DNA of 33,721 bases from Chromatiales bacterium (GCA_027021685.1 JALUTW010000332.1:1-33721), one strand, 5' to 3'. Positions 17,515 to 26,498 are shown, numbered from the stretch's first letter. Translations and numbers: made by a program. The notes: generated by a model not told the origin, from the letters alone.

Positions 17515-18182
17515 GCCAGCAGCACGGCCACGATGCCGGTGATGAAAATGCCGTCGAAGGTGCCGGCGCCCCCGATGGAGGCCACCGGCGTGCCCATGCG
17601 GCGGATGTCCTTGAGCCGCAGCAGGTCGGCGCCGATGAGCACGCCCAGGGTGCCGCTGATATAGGCCAGCGGTGCGCTGGCCTCGGGGGCCAGCAGCAGC
17701 GCCGTCAGGGCCGCGGTGACGGGGGCGATGAGCACGGGCATGCCGATGCCCACGCCGGGCACCGGGCGGCTGAAGGCATAGCTCACCCCGCCGACGATGG
17801 TGATGCCGGTGATCACCGTGGCCGCCGGCAGTGGGGCGTGGTGGAGCAGGAACAGGGAAAACAGCACCGGGGCCAGCCCGCCGCCCACGTTGATGGCGAT
17901 GACGGTGCGGCCCTGGAAGGGCCGCCGCGGTGGTGGCAGCAGGCCGCGGTAGGGCAGGGGGACCGGCGGCGGTGCCGGCGGCGCCTCGGCCTCCACCGAA
18001 AACAGCGGGACGTTGATGAGGCTGCCCACGAGGAACACCAGCAGCAGGAGTGCGGCACTGCCCGGCGACAGCCCCAGCTTGTCCAGCACGATGGTGATGA
18101 CCCCGAGCTGGATGAAGGTCACCAGCAGGATCAGCCCCAGCAGGAGCAGCAGCAGCGTGAACAGTGACGGCAACGGACGCAT
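17511..18182 (-). CDS. integral membrane protein, DUF1614-like
   Basis: 223 aa and very hydrophobic. The C-terminal IGGAGTFDGIFITGI motif resembles what I remember of DUF1614. It is translationally coupled to the SDR gene. Confidence 0.6.
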   Translation of the reverse strand: MRPLPSLFTLLLLLLGLILLVTFIQLGVITIVLDKLGLSPGSAALLLLVFLVGSLINVPLFSVEAEAPPAPPPVPLPYRGLLPPPRRPFQGRTVIAINVGGGLAPVLFSLFLLHHAPLPAATVITGITIVGGVSYAFSRPVPGVGIGMPVLIAPVTAALTALLLAPEASAPLAYISGTLGVLIGADLLRLKDIRRMGTPVASIGGAGTFDGIFITGIVAVLLA

Positions 18183-18213
18183 GGCCGTGGGGAATGATGA
18201 GACAGGTGCCGAT

Positions 18214-18591
18214 TCAATAGGTGAGGGTCAGGACCCCGTCCTCGATGGCGGCGCCGATGAAGGCGGCTCCCCCGCGCACGCCGTCCAGCTCCGGAATGGC
18301 GGTGTCCGCGGTGATGCCGTTTTCCTCCATGGCGCCGCCGCACAGGTAGAAGCGGGCGCCGGCCTGGTGGGCGTCCTGCATGAAGGCATAGAGCGACTTG
18401 CTGCGATCGCGGCCGGGGAACAGGTTCTCGGCCACGCCCTTGCGCAGCAGGGCCGCGGTGCGCGAGGCGAAGTAGATCTCCACCTCCAGGTCCATGGCCG
18501 CGGCCACCGTGGCCTGGAAGAAGGGCGCCCCCAGGGTGGCCGGCACCTCGGGGCTGGCGTTGAGCAGCATGATGACGACTTTGTGGGCCAT
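18214..18591 (-). CDS. DsrE/DsrF-like family protein
   Basis: 125 aa from ATG 18589-18591 (MAHKVVIMLLNASP...FYLCGGAME...). Size and pattern fit the DsrE-like fold family. The longer 174-aa ORF version has an Arg/Pro-rich N-terminus and was not used. Confidence 0.55.
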   Translation of the reverse strand: MAHKVVIMLLNASPEVPATLGAPFFQATVAAAMDLEVEIYFASRTAALLRKGVAENLFPGRDRSKSLYAFMQDAHQAGARFYLCGGAMEENGITADTAIPELDGVRGGAAFIGAAIEDGVLTLTY

Positions 18592-18825
18592 GGGTGACTT
18601 GCGGCGCCGGGTGGCGGCTATTCTCGCACAGGGGCAAGGGCGGTGCACGGTGCGCCGTGGAACCTGTCCCGGGATCATCCGCGGCGCCGCATCGCCGGCC
18701 CGTACAATGGGGACTGTGCCGAGCGGCGCGAAGCCCACCGTGACGCCGAGGACACCTTCGGCCTTGGATAGGCGCCGGGTGTCCCCATTTTAGGCCGAGG
18801 CGGCCGCAGGCCGGACGGGGTGGGC

Positions 18826-18831
18826 TATAAT
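18826..18831 (+). promoter_or_regulatory. perfect TATAAT hexamer upstream of fmdB (candidate -10 box)
   Basis: TATAAT at 18826-18831, 64 nt upstream of the fmdB ATG. There is no convincing -35 element. Confidence 0.25.
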
Positions 18832-18894
18832 GCGCCGTCCCGGCCGTTGCGGCCCGCGGACAGGAATTCACTGGCAGACGCGCGAGGTTGAGCG

Positions 18895-19188
18895 ATGCCC
18901 ATATATGAATATGCATGCGACGCTTGTGGGCACACTCTGGAGGCCCTGCAGAAGCTGTCGGACGACCCCCTCACCGACTGCCCGTCGTGCAATGCCCCGG
19001 CCCTGCGCAAGCTGGTGTCGGCGGCGGCCTTTCGCCTCAAGGGCAGCGGCTGGTACGAGACCGACTTCAAGTCGGGCAACAAGCGCAACGTGGCCGATTC
19101 CGGCGACGGCGGCGCCAAGTCCGAGACCAGGAAATCCGGTGACGGCGGCGGCTGCGGCGGTGGCGCCTGCGGCTGCAAGTCCGGCTGA
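18895..19188 (+). CDS. FmdB family zinc-ribbon protein
   Basis: MPIYEYACDACGH...CPSC gives CxxC-x21-CxxC, the typical FmdB/CxxC_CxxC_SSSS N-terminus. It has a Gly/Cys-rich tail (GGGCGGGACGCKSG) and sits directly upstream of aspS. Confidence 0.85.
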   Translation: MPIYEYACDACGHTLEALQKLSDDPLTDCPSCNAPALRKLVSAAAFRLKGSGWYETDFKSGNKRNVADSGDGGAKSETRKSGDGGGCGGGACGCKSG

Positions 19189-19201
19189 AGACCCTCCCGC
19201 T

Positions 19202-19226
19202 CCCCCCGGCAAGTTGCGCCGGGGGG
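19202..19226 (+). terminator. perfect 8-bp GC stem-loop between fmdB and aspS (possible terminator/attenuator)
   Basis: CCCCCCGG (19202-19209), a 9-nt loop, then CCGGGGGG (19219-19226). No adjacent T-tract. Confidence 0.3.
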
Positions 19227-19281
19227 CGCCCTTCCGTAAGATTGCCGCCTTCGACCGCGGCAGACGGATTCCGGCCCAGCC

Positions 19282-21069
19282 ATGCGCACCCACTACTGCG
19301 GGGAGCTTCGCCCCGACCACATCGACGAGGAGACGACCCTCTGTGGCTGGGTGCACCGCCGGCGCGATCACGGCGGGGTGATCTTCATCGACCTGCGCGA
19401 TCGCAGCGGGCTGGTGCAGGTGGTCTACGACCCCGACCGGCCCGAGGTCTTCGCCGAGGCCGAGCGGGTGCGGTCGGAGTACGTGCTGCAGGTGCGCGGC
19501 CGCGTGCGCCGGCGGCCGGCCGGCACCGAGAACCCGGACCTGCCCACGGGCGAGGTGGAGGTTCTGGGCCACGATCTGGTGGTGCTCAACCGGGCCGAGA
19601 CCCCGCCGTTCCAGCTCGACGACGACTCGGTGTCCGAGGAGCACCGCCTGCGCTTCCGCTACATCGACCTGCGCCGGCCCGAGATGTACCGGCGCCTGGC
19701 CCTGCGCTCGGCCATCACCCGCGAGTTGCGCCGGTTCCTCGACGATCACGGCTTCATCGACATCGAGACCCCCATGCTCACCAAGGCCACGCCCGAGGGG
19801 GCGCGCGACTACCTGGTGCCCAGCCGCACCCATCCCGGCAGCTTTTTCGCCCTGCCGCAGTCGCCGCAGCTGTTCAAGCAGCTGCTCATGATGTCCGGGG
19901 TGGATCGCTACTACCAGATCGTGCGCTGCTTCCGCGACGAGGACCTGCGCGCGGATCGCCAGCCCGAGTTCACCCAGCTGGACATCGAGACCTCGTTCAT
20001 GGACGAGGACGCCATCATGGCCCTGATGGAAGCCATGCTGCGCCAGGTCTTCGCCCGGGTGCTGGAGGTGGCGCTGCCCGATCCCTTCCCGCGCATGACC
20101 CACGAGGAGGCCCTGCGCCGCTACGGAACCGACAAGCCCGACCTGCGCATTCCGCTGGAGCTGGTGGACGTGGCCGACCTGGTGCGCGATGCCGATTTCA
20201 AGGTCTTCGCCGGACCGGCCGCCGACCCCGCCGGGCGGGTGGCGGCGCTGCGCCTGCCGGGCGGCGGCAGCCTGACGCGCAAGGAGATCGATGACTACAC
20301 CGCCTTCGTCGGCGTCTACGGGGCCAGGGGCCTGGCCTATATCAAGGTCAACGACGTGGCGGCGGGCCGGGAGGGACTGCAGTCACCCATCCTCAAGTTC
20401 CTGCCCGATGCGGCCGTCGACGGCATCCTCCAGCGCACCGGCGCCGCCGACGGCGACCTCATCTTCTTCGGTGCCGACAAGGCGCGGGTGGTCAACGAGG
20501 CCCTGGGCGCGCTGCGGGTGCGCCTGGGCCACGACCGCGGCCTGCTGGAGCCCGGCTGGCGTCCCTTGTGGGTGGTGGATTTTCCCATGTTCGAGTGGGA
20601 CGAGGAGGGCAGGCGCTGGGTGGCCCTGCATCACCCCTTCACCTCGCCCCGGGAGGAGGACCTGGAGCTCCTGCACACCGATCCCGGCCGCTGCCGCTCG
20701 CGGGCCTACGACCTGGTGCTCAACGGCACCGAGGTGGGGGGCGGGTCCATGCGCATCTACCGCAAGGAGGTGCAGCAGGAGGTGTTCCACCAGCTGGGCA
20801 TCGATCGCGAGGAGGCGGTGGAGAAGTTCGGCTTCCTGCTGGATGCCCTCAAGTACGGCTGCCCGCCCCACGGCGGCATCGCCTTCGGCCTCGATCGCCT
20901 GGTGATGCTCATGACCGGCGCCGCCTCCATCCGCGAGGTCATGGCCTTTCCCAAGACCCAGACCGCCGCCTGCCTGCTCACCCGCGCCCCGGCGCCGGTG
21001 AGCGAGACCCAGCTGCGCGAGCTGCACATCCGCCTGCGGCCGCCGCCCAAGGATTCCGCCAGGGGTTGA
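19282..21069 (+). CDS. aspS: aspartate--tRNA ligase
   Basis: 595 aa with class II motifs [25 protein letters not shown] and AFGLDRLVM. Confidence 0.97.
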   Translation: MRTHYCGELRPDHIDEETTLCGWVHRRRDHGGVIFIDLRDRSGLVQVVYDPDRPEVFAEAERVRSEYVLQVRGRVRRRPAGTENPDLPTGEVEVLGHDLVVLNRAETPPFQLDDDSVSEEHRLRFRYIDLRRPEMYRRLALRSAITRELRRFLDDHGFIDIETPMLTKATPEGARDYLVPSRTHPGSFFALPQSPQLFKQLLMMSGVDRYYQIVRCFRDEDLRADRQPEFTQLDIETSFMDEDAIMALMEAMLRQVFARVLEVALPDPFPRMTHEEALRRYGTDKPDLRIPLELVDVADLVRDADFKVFAGPAADPAGRVAALRLPGGGSLTRKEIDDYTAFVGVYGARGLAYIKVNDVAAGREGLQSPILKFLPDAAVDGILQRTGAADGDLIFFGADKARVVNEALGALRVRLGHDRGLLEPGWRPLWVVDFPMFEWDEEGRRWVALHHPFTSPREEDLELLHTDPGRCRSRAYDLVLNGTEVGGGSMRIYRKEVQQEVFHQLGIDREEAVEKFGFLLDALKYGCPPHGGIAFGLDRLVMLMTGAASIREVMAFPKTQTAACLLTRAPAPVSETQLRELHIRLRPPPKDSARG

Positions 21070-21227
21070 GCCCGGCTCATGTCGGGGCCCCTTGCAGCCG
21101 ATATAGGGGCCTGAAAGCGACAAGGCTTGCCCCCGGGGGAGGCGGCCGGTAACATCCTAGGTTTCTGATTTCACGGAACTTTTGTCCGGGGCAGCGCCCC
21201 GGTGGCGACCGGGGCGGCGGCACGCGA

Positions 21228-23753
21228 GTGAGACAATACTGGAAATCGGACTGGTTCATCGGTCTGCTGGTGGCCCTGGCGTTCCTCGCCCTGTCCGCCG
21301 CCGGCGGACTGGAGACCCTGGAGTGGAAGGTCTACGACCTCGGAGTACGCTTCTCCTCGGCCCGTCCGGCCAGCACCGAGGTGGTGGTGGTGGCGGTGGA
21401 CGATTCCTCGCTCCAGGCCCTGGGGGCCTGGCCCTGGCCCCGGGACATGCTGGCCCGGGTGGTGGCCCGGATCAGCGCCGCCCGGCCCCGGGCCATCGGC
21501 CTGGCCCTGCCCCTGGACACCCGCCAGAGCACCCGCGGGCTGGAGTACATCAAGGCCCTGCGCGAGGTGTTCCGCCGCAACTGGGGGGCCACCGGGGACT
21601 CCATCAAGCGCCTCCTGCGCCAGGCCGAGACCGGCCTGGACACCGACCGGGTGCTGGCCGAGGCCCTGCAACGGGCCCGCGGCGTGGTGCTGGCGCTGCC
21701 CTACCGCAGCGGTGAGGCGGCCACGGGCGGGACCCCGGTGGAGCTGGGCCCGGAGGTGGGCGCCCGCCTGCTCCACAACGTGACCGGCGAAACGGACGGT
21801 GGCTGGTGGCGGCGGCTGCGCGGCATGGGCGTGCCCGAGGCGACGGTGGTCTATCCGCCCCTGCCCGAGTTCGCGCGCCACAGCCGGGCCGTGGGGCATT
21901 TTCCCGCCTTCGCCGACAGCCGGCCCAACGCCCGCTACGAACCCCTGGTGCTGCGCTACGGGGAGCACTACATCCCGTCCTTTTCCCTCGTGCTGGCGGC
22001 CCTGGCCCAGGGGCTGAAGCCCTCCGACCTCAAGGTGGACCTGGAGCGGGGCGTGGCGACCCTGGGCCGCACGGCACTGCCCAGCGACGGCCGCCTGCGG
22101 GTCTACCCCTATTTCTACTCGCGGCGCGAGGGCCGGGCCGCCTTCGCCCAGTATTCCATCCGCGACGTGTTCCGGCGCAAGGTGCCGGCCCGGGCCTTCC
22201 GCGGCAAGACCGTGATCATCGGCCTGGTGGCCAGCCAGCAGGTGATCCCGCTGGAGACCCCGGTGGGGCGCCAGCCGCCGGTGCTGGTGGCGGCGCACAC
22301 GGTCTCGGCCCTGCTCAACGGGGACCTCTACCGGCTGCCGCCCTGGGCCGGGGGCCTGCGCCTGGGCCTGCTGGCCGTGGTGGCGCTGTACCTCATGTTC
22401 GCCCTGCCGCGGTTCCGCATCGGCACCGGGCTGGCGCTGTCCATGCTGCTGCTGTTCGCGCTGCTCAACGTCCATTTCATTCTCATGATCTCCCAGTCCC
22501 TGTGGCTGCCGCTGGCGCTGCCCATGCTGGCGCTGGTGGTGGGGCACGGCGTGCTCGGGGCCAAGCACCTGCTGGAGGAACGCCTGGGGCGGGTGCGCTC
22601 GGAGCTGTCCGAGGCCAACCGCATGCTGGGCCTGTCGTTCCAGAGCCAGGGCCAGCTCGACATGGCCTTCGACAAGTACCGCCAGTGCATCGTGGACGAG
22701 CCGCTGCTGGACCAGCTCTACAACCTGGGCCTGGACTACGAGCGCAAGCGCCAGTTCAACAAGGCCGAGTCGGTGTTCAAGTACATCCTCAGCCACCGCG
22801 AGAAGTTCCGCGACGTGCAGGAGCGCCTGTACCGCAACAAGGAGATCTCCCAGGCCTTCGCCCTCGGGACCTCCAGCGCCGGCAACGGCAACAGCACCCT
22901 GATCCTCCACACCACCGGCATCCAGAAGCCCATGCTGGGCCGCTACCAGATCGAAAAGGAGCTGGGCCGCGGCGCCATGGGCATGGTCTACCTGGGCCAG
23001 GATCCCAAGATCGGCCGCACCGTGGCCATCAAGACCATGAGCCTGTCGCAGGAGTTCGAGGGCGAGAAGCTGGACGACGTGCGCAAGCGTTTCTTCCGCG
23101 AGGCCGAGACCGCGGGCCGGCTCAACCATCCCAACATCGTCACCATCTACGACGTGGGCGAGGACCAGGAGCTGGCCTATATCGCCATGGACTACCTCAA
23201 GGGCGAGTCGCTGCTCGCCTACTGCAAGCCGGACAAGCTGCTGCCCGCGCCGGAGGTCTTCGACCTCATGATCCAGGTGGCCGAGGCCCTGGACTACGCC
23301 CACAGCCAGAACGTGGTCCACCGCGACATCAAGCCCGCCAACATCATGTATGACCGCGAATCGGGCAGTCTCAAGGTGACCGACTTCGGCGTCGCCTGCC
23401 TCACCGATGCCAGCAAGACCAAGACCGGCACCATCCTGGGCAGCCCCTCGTACATGTCGCCCGAGCAGCTGGCGGGGAAGAAGGTGGACGGGCGCTCGGA
23501 TCTGTTCTCCCTGACCATTACCTTCTATCAGCTGCTGACCGGCGAGCTGCCCTTCATCGGTGAATCGCTGGCCAGCCTGATGTACAAGATCGCGAACGAG
23601 AAGCACCCGGACGTGCGCATGTTCAGGCCCGACCTGCCGTCCTGCGTGAGCAAGATCATCAACAAGGGGCTGCACAAGGATGTCGAGCGGCGGTTCCAGT
23701 CGGGACAGCAGATGGCCAATGCGCTACGGCGCTGCCGCGAGCGCCTGGAGTGA
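21228..23753 (+). CDS. CHASE2 sensor domain-containing serine/threonine protein kinase
   Basis: 841 aa from GTG 21228. Order of domains: N-terminal TM; CHASE2-like extracytoplasmic region; three hydrophobic helices (about residues 365-440); TPR-like segment; C-terminal Hanks kinase with GRGAMGMVY, VAIK, HRDIKPANIM, DFG and SPSYMSPE. Confidence 0.9.
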   Translation: MRQYWKSDWFIGLLVALAFLALSAAGGLETLEWKVYDLGVRFSSARPASTEVVVVAVDDSSLQALGAWPWPRDMLARVVARISAARPRAIGLALPLDTRQSTRGLEYIKALREVFRRNWGATGDSIKRLLRQAETGLDTDRVLAEALQRARGVVLALPYRSGEAATGGTPVELGPEVGARLLHNVTGETDGGWWRRLRGMGVPEATVVYPPLPEFARHSRAVGHFPAFADSRPNARYEPLVLRYGEHYIPSFSLVLAALAQGLKPSDLKVDLERGVATLGRTALPSDGRLRVYPYFYSRREGRAAFAQYSIRDVFRRKVPARAFRGKTVIIGLVASQQVIPLETPVGRQPPVLVAAHTVSALLNGDLYRLPPWAGGLRLGLLAVVALYLMFALPRFRIGTGLALSMLLLFALLNVHFILMISQSLWLPLALPMLALVVGHGVLGAKHLLEERLGRVRSELSEANRMLGLSFQSQGQLDMAFDKYRQCIVDEPLLDQLYNLGLDYERKRQFNKAESVFKYILSHREKFRDVQERLYRNKEISQAFALGTSSAGNGNSTLILHTTGIQKPMLGRYQIEKELGRGAMGMVYLGQDPKIGRTVAIKTMSLSQEFEGEKLDDVRKRFFREAETAGRLNHPNIVTIYDVGEDQELAYIAMDYLKGESLLAYCKPDKLLPAPEVFDLMIQVAEALDYAHSQNVVHRDIKPANIMYDRESGSLKVTDFGVACLTDASKTKTGTILGSPSYMSPEQLAGKKVDGRSDLFSLTITFYQLLTGELPFIGESLASLMYKIANEKHPDVRMFRPDLPSCVSKIINKGLHKDVERRFQSGQQMANALRRCRERLE

Positions 23754-23785
23754 CGTGAACCGGAACCGACGATGAAGCGGGGAAC

Positions 23786-24574
23786 ATGATTTTGAAGGCA
23801 GCCTTTCACGGTCTCACGGACGTGGGCCTCATGCGCGAGCACAACGAGGACAGCATCCTGTGGGACACCGACCTGGGGATGGCCCTGCTGGCCGACGGCA
23901 TGGGTGGCCACAATGCCGGCGAGGTGGCCTCGGCCATGGCAGTGGAGCAGGTCCGGGCGGCCCTGCGCGAGGCCTTCCTCGCCCGCGACTGTGAGGAGAA
24001 GGCCGACTGCAGCGAGGTGGTGCGCCAGGCCATCCACACCGCCAACCAGCGCATCTGGGACGCCTCGCAGGAGAATACCGAGTGCGCCGGCATGGGAACC
24101 ACCCTGGTGCTGGCCCTGCTGCACGACGGCGACATGGTCACCGCCCACGTGGGGGATTCCCGTATCTACCGCCTGCGTGACGGCGTGCTGGAGCAGATCA
24201 CCTCCGACCACTCGCTGGTCCAGGAGCTGGTGGACAACGGTTACCTCAGCCAGGAGGAGGCGAAGCTGTCGGTGAGCCGCAACCTCATCACCCGGGCCCT
24301 GGGCATCGGGGCCGAGGTGGAGGTGGAGGTGAGCCAGGAACCGGCCCAGCCCGGCGACCTCTACCTGTTGTGCTCCGACGGGCTGTCGGACATGGTCACC
24401 GACTCCGAGATGGGGGCCATCCTGCAGGAGCCGGATCCGGACCTGGACGAGACCGCCCGGCGCCTGGTGGACCTGGCCAACCGCAAGGGCGGAAACGACA
24501 ATATTTCCGTGATCCTCATGACGGTCCGGGAGGCCTTCTCGGATGACAAGGGATTGACCGATTCGGTAGGATAG
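23786..24574 (+). CDS. PP2C-family Ser/Thr protein phosphatase
   Basis: 262 aa containing REHNEDS, ADGMGGH, GDSR, LCSDGL and GGNDNIS. Confidence 0.9.
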   Translation: MILKAAFHGLTDVGLMREHNEDSILWDTDLGMALLADGMGGHNAGEVASAMAVEQVRAALREAFLARDCEEKADCSEVVRQAIHTANQRIWDASQENTECAGMGTTLVLALLHDGDMVTAHVGDSRIYRLRDGVLEQITSDHSLVQELVDNGYLSQEEAKLSVSRNLITRALGIGAEVEVEVSQEPAQPGDLYLLCSDGLSDMVTDSEMGAILQEPDPDLDETARRLVDLANRKGGNDNISVILMTVREAFSDDKGLTDSVG

Positions 24575-24578
24575 ACCC

Positions 24579-25271
24579 ATGGCGAAGCTGATTCTGGTGC
24601 ACGAGGGGGCGGTGATCCGCGAGTATCCGCTGGACAAGGAGCGGGTCACCATCGGCCGCAAGCCCTCCAACGACATCCAGCTGGACGACCCCACGGTCAG
24701 CGGCCAGCACGCGGTGGTGCTGACGCTCCAGAACGTCTATGTCGAGGACCTGGGCAGCACCAACGGCACCCTGCTCAACGGCAAGCGCATCAACAAGCAG
24801 ATGCTCAAGCACGGGGACGTGGTGCGCATCGGCCGCCACGAGTTCCGGTTCGTGGACGAGCGCGCGGCCGACTTCGACAAGACCATCGTCATCTCGCCCG
24901 GCGCCGTCCCGCCGCCCCCGCCGCGGCCGGCGGCCGGTCCCGGCGTCACCCGGCCGGAAGGGGCGGCCCCGCCGCCGGCCCAGCCCGCCAGGGGCCGCAG
25001 CGCCATGGTCAAGGTCATCAGCGGTCCCAAGACGGGGCAGAACATCGTTCTCAACAAGCCCTATACCACGCTGGGCTCACCCGGGGTGCAGGTGGCGGTC
25101 ATCGCCCGGCGCGGGACCTCCTATTATCTGATGCCCATGGGCGGCATCGGGCAGCAGGACAACCCGCCGCGTCTCAACGACAAGGCGGTGGGGGCCCAGA
25201 GCCTGCCGCTCAAGGAGGGCGACGTCATCGAGGTGGCGGGCAGCAAGCTCCAGTTCACCCTCAACGGCTGA
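24579..25271 (+). CDS. FHA domain protein (N-terminal FHA, Pro-rich linker, C-terminal FHA-like domain)
   Basis: 230 aa. Contains TIGRKPSNDIQLDDPTVSGQHA...[13 protein letters not shown]...RIGRHEFRF. The linker is PPPPPRPAAGP. The C-terminal approx. 90 aa have a degenerate FHA-like pattern. The start lies 4 nt after the phosphatase stop. Confidence 0.85.
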   Translation: MAKLILVHEGAVIREYPLDKERVTIGRKPSNDIQLDDPTVSGQHAVVLTLQNVYVEDLGSTNGTLLNGKRINKQMLKHGDVVRIGRHEFRFVDERAADFDKTIVISPGAVPPPPPRPAAGPGVTRPEGAAPPPAQPARGRSAMVKVISGPKTGQNIVLNKPYTTLGSPGVQVAVIARRGTSYYLMPMGGIGQQDNPPRLNDKAVGAQSLPLKEGDVIEVAGSKLQFTLNG

Positions 25272-25281
25272 GGGCGGGGCC

Positions 25282-25641
25282 ATGGCGCGTCTCGTGCTCA
25301 GCCACGCCGGGGTGGTCCTCAAGACCTACGAGCTGGAGAAGGAATCCACCAGCATCGGCCGCCGCAGCGGGGCCGACATCCAGCTCGACGACGCCGTGGT
25401 GAGCAGCCAGCACGCCCGCGTGTTCCGCGTGCCCAGCGATTACCTGGAAGGTCACTACGATTACTGGATCGAGGACCTGGGCAGCACCAACGGCACCGTG
25501 GTCAACGACAAGAAGATCACCCAGCCGGTGATGTTGAAGAACGGTGACACCGTGCGCATCGGCCGCCACCGGTTCACCTTCGACTCGGGGCAGGGCACCG
25601 GCCACGAGCAGACCGCCATCTACCTCCCCGACAGCGATTGA
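25282..25641 (+). CDS. FHA domain protein
   Basis: 119 aa containing [22 protein letters not shown]...[13 protein letters not shown]...RIGRHRFTF. It is a close paralog of the N-terminal domain of the preceding gene. Confidence 0.85.
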   Translation: MARLVLSHAGVVLKTYELEKESTSIGRRSGADIQLDDAVVSSQHARVFRVPSDYLEGHYDYWIEDLGSTNGTVVNDKKITQPVMLKNGDTVRIGRHRFTFDSGQGTGHEQTAIYLPDSD

Positions 25642-25709
25642 GGGGCCGCCCCGCGGCCGTTGCAGGCAGACGTTCCAACCCCGCAGGACTTTCGGAGCAG
25701 GTTCCAGTC

Positions 25710-26453
25710 ATGGCAGGACACAGCAAGTGGGCCAACATCCAGCACCGCAAGAAGGCGCAGGACGCCAAGCGCGGCAAGCTGTTCACCAAGCTCATCCGCG
25801 AGATCACCGTGGCCGCCCGCCTCGGCGGCGGTGATCCGGCGGCCAACCCGCGCCTGCGTGCCGCCATCGACGCAGCGCTGTCGGCCAACATGGCCAAGGA
25901 CACCATCGAGCGCGCGGTCAAGCGCGGCAGCGGCGAGCTGGAGGCCGATGCCTACGAGGAGGTGCGCTACGAGGGCTACGGTCCCAACGGCGTCGCCATC
26001 ATGGTGGACTGCCTCACCGACAACCGCAACCGCACCGTGGCCGAGGTGCGCCACGCCTTCAGCAAGCACGGCGGCAACCTGGGCACCGACGGCTCGGTGG
26101 CCTACCTGTTCACCAAGCAGGGCGTGCTCAGCTACCCCCCGGGCACCGACGAGGACCGCCTCATGGAGGTGGCGCTGGAGGCCGGGGCCGAGGACGTGGT
26201 CACCAACGACGACGGCAGCGTGGACGTCATCACCACGCCCGAGGACTTCATGAACGTCAAGGAGGCCATGATCGCCGCCGGGCTGGAGCCGGCCCACGCC
26301 GAGGTCACCATGCAGCCGTCCACCAGCGTGGAGCTGGACCTGGAGGACGCGGAGAAGGTGATGAAGCTGGTGGACGCGCTGGAGGACCTGGACGACGTCC
26401 AGCACGTCTACACCAACGCCGATTTCAGCGAGGAAGTCGCCGCGCAGCTCTGA
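25710..26453 (+). CDS. yebC: YebC/PmpR family DNA-binding transcriptional regulator
   Basis: 247 aa from ATG 25710. [14 protein letters not shown] is the diagnostic N-terminus. It is followed by ruvC, as in E. coli and Pseudomonas. Confidence 0.93.
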   Translation: MAGHSKWANIQHRKKAQDAKRGKLFTKLIREITVAARLGGGDPAANPRLRAAIDAALSANMAKDTIERAVKRGSGELEADAYEEVRYEGYGPNGVAIMVDCLTDNRNRTVAEVRHAFSKHGGNLGTDGSVAYLFTKQGVLSYPPGTDEDRLMEVALEAGAEDVVTNDDGSVDVITTPEDFMNVKEAMIAAGLEPAHAEVTMQPSTSVELDLEDAEKVMKLVDALEDLDDVQHVYTNADFSEEVAAQL

Positions 26454-26456
26454 CAG

Positions 26457-26498
26457 CAGATTTCGGATGTCAGATTTCGGGTGCCAGTTTTCGGGCGG
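26457..26498. repeat. three tandem 14-bp direct repeats (CAGWTTTCGGRYGY)
   Basis: CAGATTTCGGATGT (26457-26470), CAGATTTCGGGTGC (26471-26484), CAGTTTTCGGGCGG (26485-26498). The array begins 4 nt after the yebC stop and is followed by GATAAT at 26504-26509. Confidence 0.85.

Noticed and set aside
13931-17664. Several long ORFs (13931..15814 minus, 14878..17664 plus, 15842..17455 minus) overlapping the GGDEF-EAL and SDR genes
   Set aside because: They are out of frame or antisense to genes with intact catalytic motifs, and their translations are Arg/Gly/Pro/Ala low complexity.
18214-18738. Longer 174-aa version of the DsrE-like ORF
   Set aside because: The extra 49 N-terminal residues are Arg/Pro/Ala-rich and unlike the family. 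The internal ATG at 18589-18591 gives the expected size of about 125 aa.
21085-21202. Hairpins after aspS (GGCCCCT/AGGGGCC at 21085-21110, CCCCCGGGGG at about 21130, CCGGGGC-AGC-GCCCCGG at 21186-21202) as terminators
   Set aside because: None is followed by a T-tract on the relevant strand, and one is too short to fold. I could not distinguish them from chance GC palindromes.
21171-23675. 834-aa ORF antisense to the CHASE2 kinase gene
   Set aside because: Same antisense high-GC artefact: no motifs, and it fully overlaps a gene with clear kinase signatures.
116-26498. Whether the tandem repeat arrays (116-148, 12111-12173, 26457-26498) are CRISPR arrays
   Set aside because: The units are 7-14 bp and directly abutting, with no spacers. 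No cas genes are present.
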